Source of the DNA: Ginkgo biloba
Lineage: Eukaryota; Plantae; Ginkgophyta
Assembly: GCA_024626585.2 (NCBI GenBank)
Contig: JANKJI020000002.1
Span: forward strand, 229,933,565-229,965,755
Reading direction: 5' to 3'
DNA length: 32,191 bases
Below are positions 21,950-32,191 of the stretch, piece after piece. The translations under genes were made by a program, and so were the position numbers. Position 1 is the first letter of the stretch. Every line of letters starts with the position of its first letter. The notes beneath the pieces are model-generated. The model made no database searches, was not told the DNA's origin, and saw only the letters and a list, made by a program, of their open reading frames with translations.

Positions 21950-23289
21950 CAAGGAGCTCACTAAAACTAAGAAAAACTTGTGATGAAGCTCTATAATCTA
22001 AGACAAGTAAGCTCACCCATACTTATAGAGATAATGAGGCCCAAAAATACAAAGAAGCTCAAATTTGAGTAAGACTGCATTGGCTCAAGGTTGGGGATAG
22101 ATCCTCCAAGAATTTCTTTCAAGCGCTTAAGAAAAAACATACCTTAGAGAAAACTTGGGCCATTAGGGAGGGCAACACCAAGATCAATTCTACCCAAGGT
22201 ATCACTCAAGTTTTCTACGAGAAAGTCTTTTGCTCTCAGGATCATTCCCCTGAACACCTGACAACCATGGATCATTGCAGGAGAGTTGTTCCCACCAAAC
22301 TTAACCTTGCCCAAGACAAACTCTGTGATGCCTGAATTGAGTTAAGAGAGCTCCATGTTGTGTTAGAGGAGATGTCCAATGAAAAATCCTATTGGAATAG
22401 ATCTGCCAACATAGAACAAATACCTTCTAAGAACTATCACATCCAAGCATCTAGGAAGAGATCAGACAGATATAGATACATATAACCATTAAAGAGATGC
22501 ATATAGACGTATAAGAGAACGTAAGGACTTCATTAAGATGAGGGGCAGTCTCGAGAATCTGGGACTGCCTAAGCATTACATTACAATCAATGTCTCTCTC
22601 TTCTATTCTCCCCCCCCCAAATTAGCAACATACCTATGTATATATATATATAGGTGGTTGAGGTCGTTGAAAAACCCAACTGCCAACCGCACACCTAATT
22701 CCTCATTATAATACATAATAAAGTGACTTATTACATTATAAAGACATTAAAGTCCGAATGTCATATTTGACCGTCCAACAAATCCCTCAGCTTAGATGGT
22801 ACCCATGCGAATTTTATAAGGCCACATGGGACTTTACGGGCCTCGTCTTGCTCAAGGTCTATAAAGAGTCTCTGTGGATCTTTGGGACCCANNNNNNNNN
22901 NNNNNNNNNNNNNNNNNGGGACCCTAAGTTGATCACCAGTTGGAGGCCAAACACCCTGCTTAATGTTTCTTTTAAAATACTAGCCAAGGCCATAGACGAA
23001 AGAATAAAGTATATCCTCCCTATCGTCATCAAGCCTAAGAAAACTGACTTTGTCAATGGAAGATACATCCTCAACAATCTCATAGGAACCTGGGAAGGTA
23101 TGGAATGGGCCAAGGAGACAAGACAAAAAATCCTATTCCTTAAAATTGACTTTGNNNNNNNNNNNNNNNNNNNNNNNNNNNNNNNNNNNNNNNNNNNNNN
23201 NNNNNNNNNNNNNNNNNNNNNNNNNNNNNNNNNNNNNNNNNNNNNNNNNNNNNNTTTGATGCACATGCTTTAAGTCCTCTTTAATGACA
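21950..23289 (+). mobile_element. L1-type LINE ORF2 relic (linker plus RT N-half), split by a solo LTR
   Basis: RLHWLKVGDRSSKNFF..EEMSNEKS | LSLDG(Y)PCEFYKATWD..SWRPNTLLNVSFKILAKA..FVNGRYILNNL..WEGMEWA..LKIDF. Related to, but distinct from, the LINE at 449-4800. Confidence 0.88.
22390..22780 (-). mobile_element. Solo LTR (391 bp) with 5-bp TSD AATCC
   Basis: Termini T(A)TTGGA...TCCAACA, with AATCC at 22385-22389 and 22781-22785. Removing it restores the LINE KSPGxDG-type motif. CCTATATATA on the minus strand is TATA-like. Confidence 0.9.
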
Positions 23290-25874
23290 TTGGGGACCCC
23301 CCAAGAGATGTAATCTCTCTTATATTTTTTGAAAACTCCCTAATTACACTAGGATAGTGAAAATCTACCAAGATAGACTAGCTAGTAAATGAGATGCTAC
23401 TAGGATAAAATGAAACTCCCCAATAGGATAAAAGTTAAATGAGTCTTGGTTGTCGAATTGTCTCCTAAATAGATTAGGACATGCCATGAGACCTAGGAAA
23501 GGGTAAGTTTATTCTTTTAATAACTCTTATTGGGTGAACCAATGATCTCTTTATCTACCATGGGAATATCTAAACCCATATAATATTCCTCGATTAACCA
23601 ACATTGCAACCAAGTATAAGTGAGTTATAATACAACTCATATGACCTTCAAAAGACAATCCCAAAGGTGTCTAATAAGTTGTTGGAAGGCATCTAGACAA
23701 TGGTAAATTTTTTATAGAGAGAACAACTAGATAGATAAAGGAATATGGTTATGACTGAACTTCATGGAAGATGATGTGAGTGGGGGGAAGATATCATGAA
23801 TGATATAAGTTATATACTTTGTTCTTAAAAGTTGTTCATATGAAGGAGTGGAATAGTTAGAATTGGAAAGAAATATGAGAGTTGTGGTANNNNNNNNNNN
23901 NNNNNNNNNNNNNNNNNNNNNNNNNNNNNNNNNNNNNNNNNNNNNNNNNNNNNNNNNNNNNNNNNNNNNNNNNNNNAAGTATTTCCCAAAGAGAGAGAGG
24001 GCCAAAGAGATAAGACATATTGATGTGGCTCTTTTCATTAAATAATCAAATCTTTCTTTTCCAATAATAAGTCTATGTATCTCACCTTTGTTTCATCAGG
24101 ATTAGTAGGAATTGATCTTCTCCCTCTCCAAATATAAGAGTCCACCAAAGCATTAGAGTATGGATAACATGAAGAGCATGGCTCATATCATCTACCATTG
24201 AAGATGGTTATCTTAGACCCATGATGTGTTCATGCTTAGTGATTCTTGGGGTATTTTATATTCTCTCCTTCTGATATTTGTAACNNNNNNNNNNNNNNNN
24301 NNNNNNNNNNNNNNNNNNNNNNNNNNNNNNNNNNNNNNNNNNNNNNNNNNNNNNNNNNNNNNNNNNNNNNNNNNNNNNNNNNNNCAAAGTCTAATTCTGT
24401 ATGTATTTTTGGCAGTTTTGGTTATAATCTAACTGTTAAAAAAAATTGAATGCCAAATTGACTGTTCAAGGAAAAATAAAAATAATGAGTTGATTGCTCA
24501 AAGAAAAATACAAATAGTGGGTTGGATATTCTAGAAAAAGATAAAATAAATATTTGGATATTCAATCATGACAAAGAGACCACTTCCATTTTCTCATAAG
24601 TTGATAAAAAACTCCAAGTAGTGTCATTTTTCATTAAGTGATGGAAGGTTATCTCAACTAGTGGAAAAGTGACTAGCTTATACTTTAGATCACTTGCCAA
24701 TAGGAAGGTAACTTACTTTCCCTTCAGGTCACCCAAGTGATTGATTTCCCTTTGGTTCATTTGTAACTAGTTGATAGGTGATTTCCTCACACACTTCTAG
24801 TGGGTAGGTGACCACTCACATTCAATGGGAAAGTGAATACTTTTCAGAACTGAGCTAGATCTAAACTAGATTAAATCTATATTCAAAATCTTATGGACCT
24901 TATAGAATTTTAGCCAAAGTAAGGAAATTTTCATATTCCCTTAACCTCCAAAATAAACGATGCATGTACTATGTATTACATGTATAATGCCTACATAAAT
25001 ATATAGAAAATAAGTCATGTCACAAATGCAAATACTAGTTTTGAATAAATAAGGTTCTTTATACTACCATGACCAAGGATTAAGGAAATGAGGTAATACC
25101 TAACTTTGTATCTCTAAATGAAGAGCTACTCTCTACTTATAATAAGTGCCACTATCAAAGTGATGGCTAGAGTCTTATTAAACTTCAATTGTCCATCAAT
25201 TTTGACCACTCTTTCTTCTTCAACTTATGGCTTTTGACCTTTAGTTTAATGCCTTCGTCTCCATTTTCTACGATTCTAGTGCCTCTTTCTTTGGGATGTA
25301 AAAGAAGAAGAAGAGGAAGAGGTAATCTCATTTGTCTTTAAAGTGATGAATAAATTAGAGGGTGATATGTATCTGAGTGGGAAAGTCAGAATCTACCAAT
25401 GTCACTGACTATAGATCCTTGAATTAATTTATTTACTTTAAAAATAAATAAACTATTATCTCTAAAATTGTATGTAGTACTATTACCTTGAATACAAAAA
25501 TTCAATAGAAACAAAAAAATAGACATACACAATTTCTTACAAAGAAACAATAACATTTTTTTTAATTGGAGAAACCCTCTTGGGGAATAAAACTCTAGAA
25601 TAATATTAAATTATGTTATAAACAAGGCTTACCGTCACTATAGTGCCCNNNNNNNNNNNNNNNNNNNNNNNNNNNNNNNNNNNNNNNNNNNNNNNNNNNN
25701 NNNNNNNNNNNNNNNNNNNNNNNNNNNNNNNNNNNNNNNNNNNNNNNNTCCAATATGATCCCCTTTGGTCATAGCCCCTAATAGGCTTGACTCCATAGGA
25801 CCAGACACTAACTCCTCTAATGGTTTGGATGGCACATCAATGGTCACATAGAGAATTCACAGGTTTGAATAAAA

Positions 25875-26203
25875 GCAACGACACAAAATGTTGGAATGGA
25901 TTTCCAATAGGAGAATAAATATGTCATGAGCAGGTATATGTAAATAGATCCATTAAGGAGATGAACATACACAGATGAGAACATGAGTCTTCATTAAGAT
26001 GAGGGGAATTCCCAAACCTAGGACTACCCTAAGCATTACCTTCACAAATCCCCCACTCTCTCCTATATCATAGACAACATGTATCATGAATATATAGGTG
26101 GCAGAGGTCGTGGGACTTCCCAACTACCAACCACCCACCTAATTTCCCATTACCTATTAATTATATTATATAAGAATTATTACATTATTTTGATAATCCA
26201 ACA
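25875..26203 (-). mobile_element. LTR (25889..26203) of the same family as the solo LTR, followed by a decayed Asp-type PBS
   Basis: TGTTGGA...TCCAACA termini. Shares TTCATTAAGATGAGGGG, CCTAAGCATTAC and TATATAGGTGG..GAGGTCGT..CCCAACT.CCAACC..CACCTAATT with 22390-22780. No TSD; the minus strand continues CA-TT-TTGTGTCGTTGC (9/12 to TGGCGCCGTTGC). Confidence 0.8.
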
Positions 26204-26479
26204 TGCATTATGAAACAATAATCGTTAAAGACCAAGTAGAATGAGGAGAAGAGTCATTATATGCAATATGATCAATTCATGATATGAAAAGTCATCCTCA
26301 TGATAAATTTGCCCGATTTATTTCTATATAAAACCTCATAGAAACTATACAGATCATCTTTATAGGAATTTTATAATGGCTAAAGAAAGAATTCAATAAG
26401 AAGAATTGAGTAATATCAAACCCAAAGTAATTATTTTTCCTATTTCCATTAGGGTTGAATCTTGAACAAGTGTGATGAA

Positions 26480-26834
26480 TAATATCCCTCTGGCTACTTT
26501 TTTAGAGTTTTAGGAAAGGATCTAAGAAGATACATATCCTTTCTTATTTGAGTTTGATGTCCTCTATAGAAGTTATGATTATATTTTAGATGCTCATAAA
26601 ATCATACTATTTCCATCCACATTAAAGGGATCAGCATCGCGATGGTTTATGAGGATTGAAGGCAAATCAATTAGAAATTGGGTGTAGATATGCCAAATTA
26701 TTCTAAACATATATTAGGGATACTATTAGGGTGCAAATTTTTAGGACAATAAATACAATTAAAGTAAGAAGAATATGAATCATTGGAAGATTACATTGAG
26801 AAACTAGACTCCTTGACCACATGGTGTCTGAAGC
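26480..26834 (+). pseudogene. Retrotransposon gag capsid fragment
   Basis: DAHKIILFPSTLKGSASRWFMRIEGKSIRNWV*ICQII..IK..EYESLEDYIEKL matches the LFP..L.G.A..WF....SI..W and Q..ESL..Y pattern. Confidence 0.75.
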
Positions 26835-27760
26835 NNNNNNNNNNNNNNNNNNNNNNNNNNNNNNNNNNNNNNNNNNNNNNNNNNNNNNNNNNNNNNNNNN
26901 NNNNNNNNNNNNNNNNNNNNNNNNNNNNNNNNNNCAGAAAACTAGATTTACATTTAGCTCATCCAAGAAACCAAAAATATAAAGGAGGGACTGAACCAAG
27001 ATCCTATAGATCACACATGAGGAGTAGTCGATTCCCTTATTGGCATACTTCCTAGTCAACACCAAAAGGATAAAGCAACTGCCAAGCTCCTAGTGCATGG
27101 GGATAGAGATGGACCCCAAGAAATAGACCATTGAATAGGTGCCCCACGACTACCGTCATACTTCTAGGTAGCAAGAGAGGTATAGATGGGATCTCTGGGA
27201 GCACCCATCTCATGAGCTAAAAGAAAAGATACATCCAGCACCAAAACACTCCAAAATGATAGTACATAAAACCATTAAACAACACAGAGATTACTTAGCA
27301 GGTCCAATGAGAAATAAGGAAGAATCCCACACTAGGACCACCTCCAAAATGAATCCAAACCCCAATTCCAACTACCACCATCCAAGATGAGAATAAGAAA
27401 ACCGCCATGAAATCCTTAGAAACGAAGAGGGAGAAGCCAAACCATCCCCAAAACCTCCACAATAGAGCTTGCCTTGGGATGTTCTAGATCAGAAGGGACC
27501 ATAGCCAGAAACCAAAGGGAAAAAAGTAGAACAACCTCAACCTGAGACACCTCACACCGACACTAAGAACAGAACCCATGGTATAACTAGATCAAGCTGC
27601 CAATCCCCTCTACTAGGTAAAACCCTAGTAGAGCCTACGTCTGAACTCCATTCCAATCCTTACTATGAGTATTATTCCATTTGAAATTATTTTATAAGAC
27701 ATTTGTTATAAAATTATCTTTTCCCCCCTTTGTATACTATATTTGTAAGATCTTTTACAA

Positions 27761-27771
27761 CTCTGATATCA
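27761..27771 (-). promoter_or_regulatory. Decayed tRNA-iMet PBS next to an LTR end (LTR extends rightwards from 27772)
   Basis: Minus strand reads ...TTTAACA-TGATATCAGAG (10/11 match). Confidence 0.55.
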
Positions 27772-28376
27772 TGTTAAATTTTTAATAATGATAGGATATT
27801 TTACGATCTATCACATCTATAAGTACAAATGTTAAATAAAACATGGATGTTTAACATAATCAAATAATGTAAATAATTAAACAATAATAATAATAATCAC
27901 AATTGCACAATAGAATTCACATAATGAGATAATGATTTATAGTGAAAAATCCAAATGAAAAAAATCACTTTGAAATATGGGTAGCTTGCCTCACTCGCTT
28001 ATTTTCTTAACTTTTCTTAGCCTTCTTCATTAAATGAAACAAGTTTTATAGATTATATAAATAAGATATTGAGGTGGTATAATATTAGAGAAATGCCTCC
28101 AAAACACACATAGAAGGGCTACTAAAACACAATAGAGCATAAGGGTTGTGAAAACACCTAGCACGCACCAACATAAACCATGAAACCCCACTTCTCTTCA
28201 CTTGATAAATGAAATTGTGGAAGATTGCATCCACATCCTTCTCTTAAAATTGAGGTTTCTTTTAATTAAATATTTGGGGTAAGATTTAAGGGTAGTCATA
28301 ATCCTCCTCTCTAAAATAGTGAAATAAAATAAATTATTCAAAAACTTTATATTTACATATAAATTATTACAACCTT

Positions 28377-28595
28377 CTCTAATACCATGTTAGAATTAGA
28401 GTGTGCAACATACTCTCAGATTTTTGGCATGAGCCTCCACTATAATATAGAAATCACATCATGAATAATATACTTAACACACATAAATGAATATTGATCT
28501 TCTGATATATTTATAATATAAATCTTTCCTTTATTTATTCTTGTAGAGGCCCTTTAAATACTATAATTACTAACTACCATTAACCTTTACTAACA
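28377..28595 (-). mobile_element. LTR (from 28388; far end 28595 or 28670) plus tRNA-iMet PBS (28387..28377)
   Basis: Minus strand reads ...TTCTAACA-TGGTATTAGAG, with a TATTTAAAG box near 28555. Homologous to 14232-14312. Candidate TGTTAG starts lie at 28595 and 28670. Confidence 0.65.
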
Positions 28596-28897
28596 TCCCC
28601 TATTGATCATATAACCAATTAAAATGTTATAATTTATAACATCATGTGATGACTAATTTGACTACTAACAACATTAACTTATCTAATATAACTTCCCTTC
28701 TTTGTTTAATATTGTTGAATATGTGTTATATATTGTTGTAAAGTGAGGGGTCTTTGGAGCACTTATTTTGATATTTAATAAAGTGTTATTTTACTGGNNN
28801 NNNNNNNNNNNNNNNNNNNNNNNNNNNNNNNNNNNNNNNNNNNNNNNNNNNNNNNNNNNNNNNNNNNNNNNNNNNNNNNNNNNNNNNNNNNNNNNNN

Positions 28898-29165
28898 GAT
28901 TGATGATGCAGGTGAAGAGTTAGAAAGAAGAGCAAAGGCAGCTAAGGAATAGGCTGTATTGTTGTCAAAAGAGCTGGAAGTAGTGAGCAGGTATCACTAT
29001 GGAACAATGGAAGTAGTTGGTGTAAAGATAATAGATCTGGATGCTGGTGTATTGCAGAAAAAACTGAGAAAAGTACGCGAAGAAAAAAGGAACTTGGCTT
29101 TTGAGGTTTCTTGTGAAATTCGAAGCCATATGAGAGAGAGATCTGCTTCTCTGCATAAGAATACC
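28898..29165 (+). pseudogene. Fragment of a conserved plant coiled-coil protein gene (resembles, from memory, the At3g55060/At2g39300-type family)
   Basis: EELERRAKAAKE*AVLLSKELE...LQKKLRKVREEKRNLAFEVSCEIRSHMRERSA resembles EL.RR.KEAE.RV.LLSEELE...IR.L.EEK..LALEVS...S.I.ER. In-frame TAG at 28950-28952; starts at a gap. Confidence 0.55.
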
Positions 29166-29340
29166 GAGCACTACTAGATGCGTGACTAATGGAATATATT
29201 ATGATTACACTACTAAAGTGGGCATTTAGTTCGCTCGGCACACACGGAAAGCTAATGGAGCTGATGCTTTAGAAGCCAATGGAGACTGACTCGATAGGAA
29301 ATGAGGCACATACGTTAATTTTTTGAGTTTCTACATTATG

Positions 29341-29350
29341 GCTATTTATA
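29341..29350 (-). promoter_or_regulatory. TATA-box-like TATAAATAGC immediately downstream (minus sense) of the 91-bp repeat
   Basis: Plus strand GCTATTTATA; function not demonstrable from sequence. Confidence 0.35.
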
Positions 29351-29358
29351 GAGACATA

Positions 29359-29528
29359 ACCTGCACCTATCAACAACGTCAAATGATGGGGCACAACGGT
29401 GTAACAAGGTAAAAGCGGTGGGGCAAAATGATGTAACGAGGTAACATGCACCTGCACCTGTCAATGACGTCAAACGATGGGGCAAAATGGTGTAATGAGG
29501 TAAACACGGTGGGGCATTAGTGTAGCAA
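29359..29528. repeat. ~2 x 91-bp tandem repeat with internal 32-bp sub-repeats
   Basis: ACCTGCACCT at 29359 and 29450. TGGGGCA...TGTAA..AGGTAA at 29387, 29419, 29478 and (partial) 29510. Confidence 0.88.
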
Positions 29529-32191
29529 AAATAATAGTAGACGAATTTTAATAATAACCGATAACCAGATAAATGACTAGAAAGCAACGAATGCACTTGA
29601 GCACTATGCGACGAGGGAAAGGTGTATGTAGAGGTCTTTCAGCTCAGTTATGGCAGAACGAAGAGCATGGAGATCAGCCGTTAATCATCAAGACTGTACG
29701 TGAGGCATAGATTTAAATAGTAGCACAGATTTAAACAGTAATGATATAAACGCCGAATTCTGTCTGAAACATAGACTTTATTAGCAACACAGATTCCTCT
29801 TCCAACAACATCTCTCCTAATAGTTTGTATAAAACAGAGATTTATCGAGCATTCATAGAGATAGGAATATGTTCATGTAGCGTACACTGCAATTTTTCCC
29901 ATCAGTTAAATAACACTAATGGAAATGAACTCAATCTGCCGGTTGAATATGGATAAAATACTCAATGGTACGAATTCAAGTCTATGCAAAAATGAAATTT
30001 GAACTGTAGGCCAAAGAACATAGTCAAATGAAACCAATACGTTAAACCAACAAATAATGCAAAGATCTACATAATGTCAAACTATGTAACAACATAAATA
30101 AATCAAGATTAGTTTCAACTATAATCGGGCGATTGTGGACTCTAGTCCCACCAGGCGTGCCAAATGAATGTATGCAAAACTAGAATATGTAGAAACTGAA
30201 AATAACAATACAATTTTCTTCTAGATCTGAATGCAAACTTAGATAGAGCATAGGAAGATGATTTACTCTTTGGATGTGGGTTGCTTAATGTTCTCTGTGC
30301 AAGAGAGAGTATCCATAGTTAAAAATATTCAAGCAGACATGTGCCAAGAATGCTCCAAAGGGGTCAAGAGCCAAGACAAATCTCCAAGAATGCAAATGAT
30401 AATGANNNNNNNNNNNNNNNNNNNNNNNNNNNNNNNNNNNNNNNNNNNNNNNNNNNNNNNNNNNNNNNNNNNNNNNNNNNNNNNNNNNNNNNNNNNNNNN
30501 NNNNNAACATTAAGGGTGATGTGGCAATAATTAAAACAATAGTCAAAGTAGTTAAATAATAGTCAAAGGTGGTCAAACATCAGTCAAAGGTCATAAAATT
30601 GATCAAAAACCCTAAGGATAACTATAATTATGAATTACACCTATATTTTTAAGAGTTAATCAACTTGAATAAGGCTGTATAACCTTTTATGACATCAATC
30701 GACCTTGGAGTACATAATTATGACATGATCATCAAGGACAACTAACTTTAAATGACTTTATGGCATGGTCAAAGGTTGGTCAATGTCCAACCTACCTTAA
30801 AATTTTTATTTTGACCTAATTAATGACTAAAAAATAGTTTTACCATAATCAAACTTGTCAACCAACTACATTTAATGCTAAAAATTTGCATTTATTACTA
30901 AATTAAGTTTCCTTTAAGGCAGAGAGAGAGAATTAAAGGGTCATGACCTAGTTTTAGAAGGATTACGTCATTTCATTAATGAAGAGATAGAAAATATATT
31001 AAAAGGGAGAATTTATGATCTAGAAAATTTTGTGAGAGCCAAGTACAATCATTTAATGCCGGATTGCTAAGAATATTCTATTTACTATCATGATTAATTA
31101 ATGAAGATTCCTTTGTATCCCACAAATTCTTCTAAGTTTTTCATGTATGCATAATTAATGTATATTTATTAAGTAGTGGCATATAGCCACCCAGTGGTTC
31201 AAGTGGGTCCCACTAGATCCATCTATTTTTACCAATAATTATGTTAGATCAACTAATCTTGTCCTATGATGGCATTATAGGTTCCTAAAGATATTATATA
31301 AAACTTAAACATTATTTAGTAACCATATAGATATACTAAACATTGAGGTTCTACTTGAGTGATTTTCCTCTTGGTATCATTTGTCATTTATATATTCCAT
31401 GGTATTTCATATGTGTATATATATGTAAGTAGAATTTATTCACTACAATAGGAGGTATGAAACTATTTGTACTACCATAAACTATTAAAATACTAATAGG
31501 TAAGTTAGATACAATATCTCTTATATGAACTAGTTATGGTTGATGATGTCCTTACCATATATAGATATAAACACATGCATACCATGAGCCTAAAAATACC
31601 TATAGTGTCCCTATTTTACATATACTGAGATTATAATTAGTCTCTATTTACATGGACCAACTTCTTATAGTAGACAACTTCTAAATTTTAGGTATCTTGC
31701 ACAAATGATGTTATCACTAATGGACATTTGTTGGATTTATTATAAGATCATCTTAAAGGAGGTTTGAATTTAGTTTCTTTATTCCTATTATCTTTTTAAC
31801 TTTTTATATTCTCCTAGAGTTTCCTTTTAGCTTTAGTTATCCTTGTAGTCTCCTCAACCTCATAGTACCTAATATTATATATAATAGAGGATAAATATAT
31901 GGGATCCAACATGCAGAATATATCCTTATATAAGGAATTAAGTCCCTCCATAAATTTATTCACTTGTACTTATACATCCCTAATATAAGGAGTGTACCTT
32001 AAAATTTCCATAAAAAATATAATATAGTTTTCTAAACCCCCACTCCCTAAAGATTTTAAAATTCATTTTTCTTATTCTCATAATATTATATTAATATAAA
32101 CTCCCTTTTAAAATGTTCCCAAGGGAATTTATTTTCATTAAACTTACTCATGTCCATATGGTTCTTCCATTACATCAAAGAAGATCCTTAT

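Noticed and set aside
23290-24284. Possible further minus-strand LINE RT C-terminal relic
   Set aside because: Only vague motif echoes; too degenerate to support.
30526-30620. Clustered GTCAAA words (W-box-like)
   Set aside because: Short degenerate repeat next to a gap, with no gene nearby to regulate; probably internal to a repeat.
31176-31216. Hairpins GTGGC-ATATA-GCCAC and AGTGGG-T-CCCACT near CTAG as a Helitron 3' end
   Set aside because: The stems are short, the spacing is atypical, CTAG is not followed by T, and there is no supporting 5' end or helicase sequence.

Overview
Eukaryotic land-plant DNA from a fragmented draft assembly, AT-rich and split by many N gaps, so adjacency across a gap is unproven. 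The window is mostly decayed, nested retrotransposons. These comprise three L1-type LINE relics, a CRM-like chromovirus 3' half (integrase, chromodomain, PPT, LTR), the 5' half of an Athila-like Ty3/gypsy element (LTR end, Asp-type PBS, ~870-codon gag frame), further gypsy RT, integrase and gag scraps, and several LTRs, one of them a solo LTR with a perfect 5-bp TSD. Host-gene material is limited to two damaged alpha-expansin (EXPA) copies on the minus strand and a stop-interrupted fragment of a plant coiled-coil gene. No intact protein-coding gene, RNA gene or CRISPR array is supported. The most unusual signal is the Athila-like Gag. Read through nine TAG/TAA stops with no frameshift, it carries a ~300-aa N/G/P/Q-rich prion-like segment containing a dense array of WG(G) motifs resembling an Argonaute hook, followed by the capsid domain and three zinc knuckles. 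All family assignments come from motif recognition, not database searches.
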